A stretch of 64,000 nt of DNA, taken from the NCBI GenBank assembly GCA_964016885.1, contig OZ024743.1, positions 160,208,001 through 160,272,000 of the forward strand. Direction: 5' to 3'. Under the pieces are notes generated by a model, which was not told where the DNA came from, searched no databases, and was given only the letters and a program-made list of their open reading frames with translations. Shown piece after piece: positions 13,903 through 26,314 of this stretch. The stretch's first letter is position 1. Each line of letters starts with the position of its first letter. The position numbers were made by a program, and so were the translations under genes. Source of the stretch: Eledone cirrhosa (lineage: Eukaryota).

Positions 13903-14240
13903 AGCAACCGGAAGTGAGAAGGAGAAGGGAAAGGGAGATAATCCAAAAGAATTTTACGACATGTGTGAAACATGTCGTAAACGATCGAAAACGAGCAGAT
14001 GGATAGAGAGAGAGCGAGGGGGGGGGGAGAATGAGAGAGACAAAAAAGGAGGGAGAGAGAAGGAGAGAGTCGATATGAAAGCGTGGTGGGATCACAAATC
14101 GAGCAAAACTGGTAGAGAGGGGGGGGGGAACAGCGGTAAATACAAAATTACAAGAAATGAAGCGAGCTGTGTGGTTACTGTAAACAAGGTTTAATATGGT
14201 AATATGGACGAAACAAGAGAAGGGCCCCTTGGTCAGCTGT
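13420..14240 (-). mobile_element. Non-coding PLE-like terminal element with ~95-bp direct repeats and a degenerate HHR (~13524-13565)
   Basis: 13420-13516 repeated at 14141-14238; minus strand reads ..ttga tgtcc..gggcc GAAA catcTA tgc; bounded by (TA)n. Confidence 0.5.
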
Positions 14241-14243
14241 GTA

Positions 14244-14325
<82 letters not shown>

Positions 14326-15614
14326 AGAGAGAGAGGGGGGGGGTGAAATAGATATCAGATCGAAAACATGTGGGAAACAATTAGATATTCCCATAGTAAA
14401 AGATACAAACAGATGTAAATAACAATATTTATTATCATTCAAATAGTTAACAAAGCTTTAAGTAGAGAGGCAATGCGTGATATGCAACTGAAAAATTGTA
14501 AAAGCTATATATTGGTCATACACAAAATTTCGCGTACACAATCCCGGAAATATTTAACTGTCATATCAAAGGTTTTGTATTTCTGTTGAAACACAAATAT
14601 AAACACATGCCATAAAAAATCTATCAATTTGGAGAAAGAGCGTAGATAAAAGTATTTAAATATCCCTTGAAAATAAACGAGGAATTAAAACATGCAGGAA
14701 CATCGGAGAAAAATTACCATACAGCTTTTATTCACTAACCATAGAAAATAAAATGAAAAATCGCTGCGTCCAAATAATAATATTATATAGTATTTATACC
14801 ATGCAAGTATCATGTAGTCAATTTAGGTTAAGTTTTTTCCAATATGCGAACTCGCCTGCATCTAAATAGATCACTTGCAAAATATGTACACATCAAAAAT
14901 TATACCGTCTCTGCTATGCGGATCTCCGAACTAAACTGCCTAATTAGGGGTCCCTTCAGTTTCTCGGCTTCTGGATATGTGGTTCCCTGTCTGATGATAC
15001 CAAACAAAATATGCCAAAGGATATAGATTTGACGCTATTCTATGAATTTTCGTTTACCGCAAGTTTCGATTTTATTCCACACAATCTTTTACGTCAATGA
15101 TCTATTTGCCGTCATCTTCCAACAATACCAACCCTTATGACATAGTCGCTCTTCCCACCTCCCTAAACTTCTACACACAATATCCCATTTACATGAAATC
15201 CATATACTCGATGCAAATTATAGGTGTATAAACGTCGCCGTAATATATCATGCAGGATGACATGAATTTCATATATAAGAGACACCCAACAGTTAGCCCC
15301 AATATCACCCAAGTAGTGAAATATTTATAGTGCCGACAAGGCATACTAAAAGTAATTGACATCTTCTGACGTAATTAGCAGGAGAGGTGATTGAAACCTA
15401 AGCATATTAGCCAGGATAAAACCAGTGGGTGCAATGCTTTGTTTGCAATAAACGGTCTCTCTTTGAGTAAAGGCTAGATTGAATAACATCATTGTACGCA
15501 GTAAATTACATGACACGATAAGCCCACTAGACGGGCTTAGAATTTGTACGTCATAGACAGTTTTCTAATAGAAACATTCGAATCTGCAACATTCCGAAAC
15601 ATTTGGGTGTTTTT

Positions 15615-15662
<48 letters not shown>

Positions 15663-16363
15663 TTTTTCTAAGTGGCTATGAGAATGTACTTGATAAGCAA
15701 GTGATAAGCACTAGGTATAATAAGTAAATTAGCTGAAATATTTCATCAGAGAAATACGACAATTTAATGCTGTGTCCGTCTATATTACCAACGGGTAACA
15801 ATCAGAATTGATGTAAAGTGTTTGGTGTTGCCATATGACTGTCAGATGCAAATTGAATAATTGAATCGGCAATCGCGATCGTTAACGGATAAAATGAGCA
15901 AATATATACTTAACTCCACAAGGATGCTTTTGTTGCTGATATGATTAAACTATCGGGGAGAAAGTTTTATCTCACTAACACATTTACCTGGTCTTATTGT
16001 TCTTGACATTCATTGAATACCGTGCGCCATCCAAGTTCAGTAGTTCTGAGATAAATAATATGTTAAGAAAAGGTTAGCGAGAAACTCTAGAAGAATTTAT
16101 TTAATACATTTTTATATCACAATTTATGAAGAATAGCGTCGTTATTTACAGGTTTACAACGAACCAATCAACTATCTACTACAGGCTTGACGATGACAGT
16201 AACAAGACATTTCATAATTGAATGCAAGAAATTTTACTTGCTAAACGGTGGTTATATATTCTAAGTCGATACGAAATGGTAAATAATTCGCACGTACATA
16301 CACACTTAAAATATGTTTCCTTCTATCCCTCAATTTCTCTCTCTATATATATATACACACACA

Positions 16364-16401
<38 letters not shown>

Positions 16402-16414
16402 CATAACAGATTAA

Positions 16415-16456
16415 ATATTAAGCAAATAATCGCTGCTTTCACCCTTAACGGGGTCT

Positions 16457-16461
<5 letters not shown>
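16415..16461 (-). ncRNA. Hammerhead-like motif, CAGAAGA core variant (copy 1, helix I truncated)
   Basis: CAGAAGA C CCC GUUAA GGG U GAAA GCA-9nt-UGC UU; same family as 24113 and 44340. Confidence 0.55.
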
Positions 16462-16513
<52 letters not shown>

Positions 16514-16521
<8 letters not shown>

Positions 16522-17053
16522 CAAGGTTTAGCAAATAAGATAAAGTTTCAAAATAAATTTTAAAAAATTAACTTTACTTACTATGGTTACCTTTACCGAG
16601 TCGGTTTCGATTCTCAAAAATAAACAGGGTCCATACGGCCTTCGTTGCAAAGAAAGAATCTCGTCAGAAGGATCTCTTTTCATTCGGAGAATATAAAATT
16701 CTCGAATTCAAATTACGAACTGGCGCTATTCAAAATTGTTCCCGAGATGAGAGTAAATGAAGTGGAATCAATTTTTTCAAGGGCCGAATGTAAAGATAGA
16801 ACCAGAGGCAGAGAGGTCAGATGGCTACTGCTATAACTAGCAGCAGTCAGAACGACCACATTTTTCTCAACATAGAGGAGGATAGTAATAATACGATCTG
16901 TGTTCCTACACGCACAAGGCGCTATGGGACACATGTATTGTCCAACCATATGCCAATGTGGTTCAATGGCAGGTTAATAAATTAACGAACCAGAACATAT
17001 ATAATCAAGGTTTAGCAAATAAGATAAAGTTTCAAAGTAAATTTAAAAAAATT
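16514..17053 (-). mobile_element. PLE 3' fragment with HHR and ~55-bp direct terminal repeat
   Basis: Minus strand has a KCGRSDC linker like ORF 58546; 16514-16570 repeated at 16997-17053; flanked by (TA)n. Confidence 0.65.
16590..16671 (-). ncRNA. Type I hammerhead ribozyme, intact core
   Basis: CCUU CUGACGA GAUUCU-[~40 nt]-AGAAUC GAAA CCGACUCGG UA AAGG. Confidence 0.9.
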
Positions 17054-17243
17054 TATATATATATATATATATATATATAAATTAGAATTGGTGCTCTGAA
17101 ATAGCGATATATATATGAATGTATATATAGTGTATTTTGCAATACACTGTATGCTTAATTAAATGCATTTTGAAGACCTTACGCTATTGTTTTAAAGTAG
17201 TGACTATGTCACTTACTTCTTTTTTCAGCAAACGAAGGGAGAC

Positions 17244-17289
17244 AAGCTGACAGATCTTCGTTTCGTAATGTTGGTACACTTCAGAGCTT
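17244..17289 (-). ncRNA. Hammerhead ribozyme, degenerate (CUGAAGU)
   Basis: AAGCU CUGAAGU GUAC CAACAU UAC GAAA ... UG UC AGCUU. Confidence 0.65.
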
Positions 17290-17605
17290 ACCACTCCCTC
17301 TGCCTGCTGAAAATTATGAATGTTGGATTCTTATAGAATTCCAGTAATAATCAGGAACAGATTATACAGGGCGGTTGTCGGTCCAGCAAAAATTGAAAAT
17401 TAGAATTCGTGCTCTGAAATAGTGATATATATATATGAATGTATATATAGTGTATATTGCAATACACTGTATGCTTAATTAAAAATATTTTTAAGACCTC
17501 ACGCTATTGTTTTAAAGTAGTGACTATGTCACTTACTTCTTTTTTCATCAAAGGGATTCTATAAGAATCCAACATTCATAATGTTCAGCAGGCAGAGGGA
17601 ATGGT

Positions 17606-17651
17606 AAGCTCTTAAGAGTACCAACAGTACGAAACAGAGATCTGTCAGTTT
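17606..17651 (+). ncRNA. Hammerhead ribozyme, CUUAAGA core variant
   Basis: AAGCU CUUAAGA GUAC CAACA GUAC GAAA CAGA GA UCUG UC AGUUU. Confidence 0.75.
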
Positions 17652-17922
17652 ATCTCCCTTTGTTTGATGAAAAAAGAAGTAAGTGACACAGTCACTACTT
17701 TAAAATAATAGCGTAAGGTCTTCAAAATGATTTTAATTAAGCATACAGTGTATTGCAAAATACACTCTATCTATATTCATATATATATATATCGCTATTT
17801 CAGAGCAACAATTCTAATTTTCAATTTTTGCTTGACCGGCAACCGCCCTGTATAATCAGTTCCTGAATATTACTGGAATTCTGTAAGAATCCAACATTCA
17901 TAATTTTCAGCAAGCAGAGGGA

Positions 17923-17978
17923 GTGATAGGCTCTTAAGAGTACCAACAGTACGAAACAGATATCTGTCAGCTTATCAC
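17923..17978 (+). ncRNA. Hammerhead ribozyme, CUUAAGA core variant, 10-bp helix I
   Basis: GUGAUAGGCU CUUAAGA GUAC CAACA GUAC GAAA CAGA UA UCUG UC AGCUUAUCAC. Confidence 0.75.
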
Positions 17979-18080
17979 CCTTTGTTTGCTGAAAAATGAA
18001 GTAAGTGCCATAGCCACTACTTTAAAACAATAGCGTTAAATCTTCAAAATGCTTTTAAGCATACTGTGTATTGCAAAATA

Positions 18081-18157
<77 letters not shown>

Positions 18158-18371
18158 TATGTACACGTACATACATATATGTATACAGACGTACAGTAGT
18201 ATGTATATATATATATACATACATGCACAGATATATATATATATATATATGTACGTATGGATTCACTGAACATTTATTATAATGCTCGGTGTGTTTGTAA
18301 ACAAACATCCCGTATTAAGCCGTAGTGTCTAGCAACCATCATTGCTCGTTTATTCAACACTGACAAAGGAA

Positions 18372-18412
18372 CGCTGTACTAGTTTCAAGCTTATTAGCTA
18401 TCGTCAGCAACG
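18372..18412 (-). ncRNA. Minimal type I hammerhead ribozyme, intact
   Basis: CGUUG CUGACGA U AGCU AAUA AGCU U GAAA CUAG UA CAGCG. Confidence 0.9.
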
Positions 18413-18543
18413 TATACCTTCCTTCCGTTTATCGTTTTCGGTGCACCCGGCCGATTAACCCACTCGATATGCAAATTGGGCTACTCAGCCGTTAATATGC
18501 ATAAGGTAAGTATATACGTTCAACAATCTGGCAGGAAGGTATA

Positions 18544-18584
18544 CGTTGCTGACGATAGCTAATAAGCTTGAAACTAGTACAGCG
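18544..18584 (+). ncRNA. Minimal type I hammerhead ribozyme, intact
   Basis: CGUUG CUGACGA U AGCU AAUA AGCU U GAAA CUAG UA CAGCG; palindromic stem III ACUAGU. Confidence 0.9.
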
Positions 18585-18869
18585 TTCCTTTGTCAGTGTT
18601 GAACAAACGAGCAACGATGGTTGCTGGACACTACGGCTTAATAAGGGATGTTTGTTTACAAACACACCGAGCATTATATTAAATGTTCGGTGAATCCATA
18701 CGTACATATATATATGTGTGTGCATGTATGTATATATATATACATACTACTGTATGTCTGTATACATATATGTATGTACGTGTACATACTTATATTTAAG
18801 TAACCGCCGTATTAAGAGTGGGAAATGAAATTTCGTTTCATTTTTTCCCGTTATATATATATATATATA

Positions 18870-19524
18870 TACATTATGAAAAGAGAAGAAACATTCAGAT
18901 ATAATTAGTAATAAAATGTATCATACCTAAACTGCTCCTAGATTCCTCGACTACGTAGTTTCGTGGCATAAACAAAAACAATACATCATAAAGATATAGA
19001 GTCCTTGCGAGGTCTGCCGACTTATCAAGAGGATACCTCATTTTACTAGTCTCAAGAACGCGTCTACACGACGTGAGAAAGAATCCCAAAAGGCGAAGGG
19101 GGAGATAGTCACGCGATATAACGGTCGAGAAACAGAGCTAAGCCTCTTATAACCCCGGAGAAAATACCACGGAGGCGGAGGGGGTATTTATATCGAAGCC
19201 GTAGAAGAGGTGGTGAAGGAGGCGAGAAGTATGAGTAATGGAAGCTTTCCAGCAGTCCCCACACTTCAAATATTGCTCGACCAGAGGGAGCCATTAACAA
19301 TATATTTAGAAACACACAGATACATGCGGACACACATATACATGAATGCATCCGCACCCAACCGTGAGTTAAGGGTGCCAACTTCACCGATGTTGCTCAA
19401 TGAATGACTGGGACAGACCAATCCGGTTGAACTAGACTGAACCAGTATCAGAGTTAAAAATACATTATGAAGAGAGAAGAAACATTCATGTATATGTGTG
19501 TGTCCGCATGTATCTGTGTGTTTC

Positions 19525-19530
<6 letters not shown>
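18870..19530 (-). mobile_element. Non-coding PLE-like element with degenerate HHR (18946-19001), short direct repeat and inverted segment
   Basis: Minus strand GAAA CUACGUAG UC GAG with damaged core; tacattatga.agagaagaaacattca at 18870 and 19461; 19482-19531 inverts 19301-19348. Confidence 0.5.
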
Positions 19531-19602
<72 letters not shown>

Positions 19603-20186
19603 TATTTAAGATTCCGTTGAAAATTGATAAAGTCATAGGAGTGAAGAGTGCTCTATATAATTTTTTTCATTCTCATATATTGTTACATTTTTATACATAT
19701 ATCGAGAATGACACTTCTTTTTACTATTACACTCCCTTCCCTCTTTATCTTCCGCATATAAGTGACCGAGCGTGTGTGTGTTTATACGCGTGCTATCATA
19801 CTCGTATGTGTATATATTTAATACCTGTATCTGGATGTGTGTTAACTATATTATCTTACAATTTCTTTTTCAACTCATATTATATACTTATTTATGGTCA
19901 CACATACACAAATATACTTGCCCTCATATATGTACTTACGCACACATTTTCACCATACAGATGCATTTATACATACACACATATGTACATTTGTATGTAC
20001 ACATGTATGTACATATGTACATATGTACATATGTACAGTGTATATACATACATATACACATACCCTAGGTATATTTCCTTATTTGTTTATATATCTCTTG
20101 CATTACTTTTATTTATATATTTTTTGCCCGATAACTCTTGCCTTTCTTGAGGAGATTTTTCAAATATTTCACTATGTTTTAAAATG

Positions 20187-20254
20187 CCTTGTCCGATGAA
20201 CGAATGAAGACGTTTTTCGTATTCTTCTTATTTGGGAAACCTCTGGTAATGAGG
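20187..20254 (+). ncRNA. Hammerhead-like motif, CCGAUGA core, extended stem II
   Basis: CCUUGU CCGAUGA ... GAAA CC UCU GG UA AUGAGG. Confidence 0.55.
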
Positions 20255-20280
20255 TAATAATATTGTATTGTTTATTATAC

Positions 20281-20334
<54 letters not shown>

Positions 20335-20379
20335 CGTTCCGAACAACAACTCCAGAAAATGTAACTGTAGAATTGAATC

Positions 20380-20830
20380 AAACTGCCCTTTACAAAATAA
20401 TTGCTTAGACAAAAACGTAATTTATAAATGCACAGTTAAAACTAGAGACACACTATTTAACTATATTGGTGTTACTTCTACAAAAGTCAAAGAACGCTGG
20501 TATAACTATAAACACATTTAAGAGATCCGATAAAAAATCTTCCACTTCACTTCCACATTTAATTTGGAACTTAAAAGACAACAATATAGACTATTCAATA
20601 TCTTGGGGAACGATTTCGAAAGCACCTGCATAGCGAAATATGGCTTTCTCAAGATTCTGTAACTTGTGTATCGGAGAAATTTTTTATATAATTAACTGTC
20701 AAAAATCTATTAATTTTAAAACAGAATTATTTTCTTCTTGCAGACATCGCCAAAATTCCACTTTCAGAAGTATTTTTAATTTACGATATTCATTACACTT
20801 GACTATATCTTATACCACTTCAAAATGATC
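20380..20830 (+). mobile_element. PLE GIY-YIG C-terminal remnant
   Basis: NYIGVT at ~20460 and CNLCIGE..IN.K.ELFSSCRH; related to 30100-30230. Confidence 0.65.
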
Positions 20831-21930
20831 CTATTTTCTTTAAAAATTGAAAATGAAATTTAAATGTAAAATCTTCTAAATGATCTTACTTCTTAATTTG
20901 TTATAAAATGCAACTGTGAATAAAATGCAACAGGATTAAGATGAAAGGTAGAAAAGATATAATTTGGAGGGACAGAAAGAATGGGAAATAATGGTGTGGT
21001 GCGTTATGGACAATAACAAAACATAGCGATGGGAACTTCCCTCTAGCTATAAGGGCAGCAGCCTCACCATACCCCTGCCTTGATTGACTCGTGTGACAAC
21101 ACATACTTATGCATATTTTCATACATAGATACTGTTATTTAAAATTGTACATGCACATATACATACATGTGTGTGTGCGGGTGGGTGTGGGTGTATGTGT
21201 GTGTACGTGTATGTACGTGTGTGTATGTGTGTGGGTTTATAATGTGTGTGTATGTATGTGTGTGTGTGGGTGCTTAGGGGATATACCTGGGCCTGTGCCT
21301 GTGCGTGTGTGCTTGGAACGATGAGAGTTGACATACACGCATATGAGCTCTACGCCAAAATGGGAACTGTAGTCCTCTGAATTTCCGGATTTTAACACTC
21401 GGGTTCTGGGGTATTTCACTCCACCCTTGACTCATTTTCTCTTAAAATGCACCACACCATAATAGTTTAAAGATTGATTCTGACACAGCCTTTCTACTTC
21501 GCTCAATATCTTCCAAATCTTTCAAACTTTGAGATTGGTTATAACACATACGCATTTTATTTGATTATCTTATTTAATTCTTTCCTTATCTTATTCCTTT
21601 TACTATTTTATCATTTTTTTTGTTTATTTATTTTCTTATTTTATTTTATCTTATTTCATTGTATTTTATTTTACTTTTTTATTTCTTTATTTTATTCTTT
21701 TATTTTTTAGTTTTTTACCTTTTCATTTCATTTTATTTTCTCTTCATTTTTATTTTATTTTATTCATTTTATTGCCTTTTATTTCCCCATTGTACTTTAT
21801 TTTATCTTATTTCTTCATCTGCTTGGCACAAATAACACCCCAATCAGGAACTGGGCATATCGGAGTATTGACAAATTTAAACACCGAAGTTAAACACCTC
21901 AACAACATGTGTACCCGTCTCTATCACACC

Positions 21931-21987
21931 TACTGCCTGATGAGGTCACAGCCAAAAATGGCTGTAACTGAAATATATATAGTAGTA
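21931..21987 (+). ncRNA. Type I hammerhead ribozyme, intact core
   Basis: UACUGC CUGAUGA GGUCACAGCC AAAAAU GGCUGUAACU GAAA UAUAUA UA GUAGUA, then AATAAA; same family as 61305. Confidence 0.85.
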
Positions 21988-22080
21988 ATAAATGACTTAT
22001 TTATTTTATTTTACATTACTCCAGAGTAACCAAACCAGCCTGCGCACTTCGTCGAGTGCTCCAATCTGCATACTAAAAAA

Positions 22081-22182
<102 letters not shown>

Positions 22183-22339
22183 TAGATATATATAGATATA
22201 TATAGATATAGATATATATATATATTGTTATACTTTGGGAGGGTCATGTTACCAATAAGAAACATACGCACCAGTTGCTTTCACTCCAATTTATTATAAA
22301 TTAAATTCATAAATTTAAGAATTTATAAATTTCCGGTTG

Positions 22340-23510
22340 GTTGGTTGGTTCCACAACCGGACGGTTATTCATATATTGTCAAAGTTTTGTCGTCACACAT
22401 TCTGAAACCTCTTCAGTGACTGGGGATTCTTTTCTTTGTTTTGTGCCTCTCCTTTGTTCTGTCCTACGCCATCTTGTGTGTGTTGTGTGCTTAGTTTGCG
22501 CATGTGTTACATCCGGGTGTCTGTGTGTGTTTTTATTTGTTTTGTTTTTTTATTTATTTACATATTACTGGTTGGTTGTTTGTTCTATGTGTGTGTGGGT
22601 TTTTATTTTGTCCTTAATTGTAAGTTGTGATGTTGCTGTTCCACTCATGTTTTCTATTTAATTTTGGTTGGAGTTCATTTATGTTTATTGCCTCTGTGAT
22701 TTGTCTAAACATTGCGTCTTTTCTGTGTGTAGATTCTATTTTTATTTCTATGTTCTCTAATTTGCCTTTATGTTCTATTTTAGCATGTTGCTGGAGTATT
22801 GATGATTCTTTTTTATCTTGAAGCTCTCGCCAGTGTTCATGTAATCGTTCTCCTATACTACGATCTGTCACACCTATGTACACTATATTCTCATCTTTAC
22901 ATTGTCCTTCAGTACCTCTTATGCTATATACTACATGTTTAGTTTTACAGTTAATATGGGGGCTTAATTTACTGATTATGCATTTCTTATCTATACAGGG
23001 AGGTCTTTAAAAAGGGTATGTATTACACATAAGTGTTGTTATGGATGTACCTGGTATTTCTACTATCTTAATATTAAGTTTAAGTTTATCTAGGGTCCTT
23101 CTAAATTTGTAAGCTAATTCTCCTCTAGGAGTTGTATTGATGAACATTACACTCCGGTATTTATTGCTATCATACCATGAGTTTATTCTCTTAACCTTAT
23201 TCTTCGTTTTTTTTATTCTATTCCAAAGTTTGCTCCTGTACAAGGGGCAGGTCCCATTTGTATCATTATTTACCATTTTTTACCATTTGGTTCTGGCCCC
23301 TCTATATACTCTGATTTTATCTCTCAGATTGTAACCAGAGATCTGCATATGGTGGATGAAGTGTTGTATGTGTCTCTCTGGTTCTTTGGGGTTGCACATG
23401 CGGGACACGTTTCTCATCACCCGTACCAAATCCGCAATCAGTATGTTGATTTTGGTGTGATCCAAAACAGCTGAGTTTCGGTGGATCAGATATTTGGAAG
23501 TCATGGGATA
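22340..23510 (-). mobile_element. Degraded PLE (RT C-terminus + GIY-YIG) with degenerate HHR in 3' UTR (~22378-22418)
   Basis: ORF pieces YLIHRNSA, YIGVTDRSIGERLHEH..ITEAINI..LNRKHE; GUCA CUGAAGA..UGAC. Confidence 0.8.
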
Positions 23511-23676
23511 GGCATAATGGGAAGTTGAGTGCTTGAATTGAATTGCATCAATGTTTACCTTAAGTATAAAAAAAAATATTTATATATATAGATACACATA
23601 CATACATACACACGCACACACACATAAACATGCATAAATACTCATACACACGTATAAAAAGACATACACATATGTA

Positions 23677-23718
<42 letters not shown>

Positions 23719-23797
23719 TATATATATGCATATATATATATATATATATATACATATAAATACTCATACACCGTATAAAAATACATACACATATGTA

Positions 23798-23843
<46 letters not shown>

Positions 23844-23995
23844 TAAGGGTTAAAATACTGGAGCGTGTTGGAGTTAAACACCCTCTTCGTATTATGGAAA
23901 TGACAGTAAAGGGTATAGCTCAATGTAGTTAAACAGAGCCGAAGAATTAAGAAGTTTCCGGCTTGTATTGGCCGATAATACTTCATCTTGTTTTA

Positions 23996-24040
23996 ATTGC
24001 CCTGATGAGTCATTAATAGGACGAAACATTGTCGGCTAAT
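23996..24040 (+). ncRNA. Minimal type I hammerhead ribozyme, intact
   Basis: GCC CUGAUGA GUC AUUAAUAG GAC GAAA CAUUG UC GGC, then AATAAA; preceded by an LNRAEE PLE-type ORF end. Confidence 0.9.
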
Positions 24041-24112
24041 AAAGACTTTTGATGTATTGAAGGCTTCTTTGTTTTACTTTCTTAATATATATATAGTTTA
24101 TTAATATATATT

Positions 24113-24163
24113 AGTTTCAGAAGATCCCGTTAAGGGTGAAAGCAGCGATTCTTTGCTTAAACT
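24113..24163 (+). ncRNA. Hammerhead-like motif, CAGAAGA core variant (copy 2)
   Basis: AGUUU CAGAAGA U CCC GUUAA GGG U GAAA GCA GCGAUUCUU UGC UU AAACU; all three helices pair. Confidence 0.7.
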
Positions 24164-24179
24164 TTAATCTGTTATTTTA

Positions 24180-24234
<55 letters not shown>

Positions 24235-24467
24235 TACATATGTGTATGTGTTTTTATACGTGTGTATGAGTATTTATATGTATATATATATATATGCATA
24301 TATATATGCATATATATATATGCACATACATATGTGTATGTCTTTTTATACGTGTGTATGAGTATTTATGCATGTTTATGTGTGTGTGCGTGTGTATGTA
24401 TGTATGTGTATCATTTTTATACTTAAGGTAAACGTTGAGTGCTTGAATGAATCAAGCACTGACGTAC

Positions 24468-24843
24468 TTTTTCCACATAGGAGTGACGGAGTATATATCG
24501 AATAAGAAAAAAGCGAAGTAATTTCAGATGTTAAAGTCCTGTAATGATAATGCTGTGATACATATTTCAATGACGACAGTGGCCACACGGTTCGGTGCGC
24601 CCAGTGCCGTGACATCATCAAACAGCTTGTTACATAATAAGGTTATGTTCCCGAGGCAATCCAAATTGAATCGACATGGGAACGGACAAAGCATGTGCTC
24701 TTGAGTTCTTCGCCCGTTCCAATATGAGTCCCAATTCAACCCCATCGGTCTGCGCAGGCGCAACTCCGAAGGAAGTTGACTATCAACTACCGCTGAGTTC
24801 TAGGCATGTCCCCCTCTCAACCAAACAATGACCCCATCCAGGC
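24468..24843 (-). pseudogene. Candidate decayed polycystin extracellular (TOP) domain exon
   Basis: attacag|G CCT GGA TGG (PGW); DGVELG, SIWIASGT and LFDDVT in different frames; donor gtacgt. Confidence 0.45.
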
Positions 24844-24924
24844 CTGTAATATGACACGGTTATAGCTTACTGCTATGTGTGTGTGTGTGTATATACAGAC
24901 ACACACACACACACACACACACAC

Positions 24925-25029
<105 letters not shown>

Positions 25030-25429
25030 TTTACACAAAAATATAAAATAAACATACGTACACAGGCGTGCAAAGATACATATACACATACACATACACA
25101 CGCATACACACGTATATATAAACATGCATACAACCAAATAAACATACACATCCACATACGTACACATAAAACCTACAATAAAGAGCATTGGTTCATAACC
25201 TATGTACATACGTAAACAAATGCGTGCGCACACACGCACGTAATAAGAAATCAACACACGCATACAAAAAAACCATACGTAGATCCATACACAAAACCAT
25301 ATATACAAAAGCATATATACAACAGCATACGCATAAATATATACGTAAACACATACATATAACCATATAAAAATATAAAATAAACATAAATAAACACACA
25401 CACATATAAATATACACAAACACATACAC

Positions 25430-25483
<54 letters not shown>

Positions 25484-25760
25484 AGAATAGAATGAAAAGA
25501 AATTTCATTTTTCACTCTTAGTACGGCACTTACTTAAATGTAAGTATGTATGTATACGTACATACATATATATGTATACAGACGTACAGTAGCATGTATA
25601 TATATACATACAGGCACACATATATATATGTACGTATCAGTTTACCGAACATTTATTATAATGCTCGGTTTGTTCGTTTGTAAACAAACAAACAGCCTGA
25701 ATTACGCCGTACAGTATTTAGGCAACCACGTCACCTTTTTGTTCAACACTGACACAGGAA

Positions 25761-25801
25761 CGATGTACTAGTTTCAAGCTTATTAGCTATCTTCAGCACC
25801 G
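25761..25801 (-). ncRNA. Minimal type I hammerhead ribozyme, intact
   Basis: CGGUG CUGAAGA U AGCU AAUA AGCU U GAAA CUAG UA CAUCG. Confidence 0.9.
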
Positions 25802-25976
25802 TATACCTTTCTGCCAGAGTGAGAAATGAAATTTCGTTTCATTCTATTCCATTTATCGTTTTCGGTGCGCCTGGCCGACTGAACTCACTCGATATGCAAA
25901 TTTGGCTGCTCAGTCGTTAATTTTCATAAGGAAAGTATATACTTTCGGACGTTCAACCATCTGGCAGAAAGGTATA

Positions 25977-26017
25977 CGGTGCTGACGATAGCTAATAAGC
26001 TTGAAACTAGTACATCG
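25977..26017 (+). ncRNA. Minimal type I hammerhead ribozyme, intact
   Basis: CGGUG CUGACGA U AGCU AAUA AGCU U GAAA CUAG UA CAUCG. Confidence 0.9.
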
Positions 26018-26229
26018 TTCCTGTGTCAGTGTTGAACAAAAAGGTGACGTGGTTGCCTAAATACTGTACGGCGTAATTCGCTGTTTGTTTGTTTACAAAC
26101 GAACAAACCGAGCATTATAATAAATGTTCGGTAAACTGATACGTGCATATATGTATGTGTGCCTGTATGTATATATATACATGCTACTGTACGTCTGTAT
26201 ACATATATGTATGTAAGTATACATAGATA

Positions 26230-26314
<85 letters not shown>

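Larger units (their letters stand above)
17081..18086. mobile_element. Retrozyme-like array of ~322-bp HHR-containing units, head-to-head (about 1.5 units minus, 1.7 units plus)
   Basis: Unit 17081-17398 repeats at 17399-17555, then inverted from ~17555; HHR motifs at 17244-17289(-), 17606-17651(+), 17923-17978(+); no ORF; bounded by (TA)n. Confidence 0.8.
18153..18852. mobile_element. Retrozyme-like element: one ~423-nt monomer (+) with an inverted partial copy (-)
   Basis: Left arm 18153-18426 pairs with 18530-18794; plus unit 18425-18852 is terminally redundant (ccgtt); HHR in each arm. Confidence 0.8.
23524..24462. repeat. Inverted repeat of ~300-bp microsatellite-rich arms enclosing two HHR-bearing inserts
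   Basis: 23548-23830 is the reverse complement of ~24185-24438; related sequence at 27360-27440. Confidence 0.75.
25481..26232. mobile_element. Second copy of the ~423-nt retrozyme-like family, inverted duplication with a different circular permutation
   Basis: Left arm 25481-25818(-); plus unit starts at agagtgagaaatg (~25816), which is the end region of the 18425 unit. Confidence 0.8.

Noticed and set aside
17081-18086. CRISPR-like or satellite array
   Set aside because: Long units without unique spacers, eukaryotic context, no cas genes; explained as HHR repeats.
18153-18852. Viroid- or obelisk-like ambisense genome with ribozymes in both polarities
   Set aside because: The two HHRs are the same sequence duplicated in inverted orientation; the monomer has a ribozyme in one polarity only.
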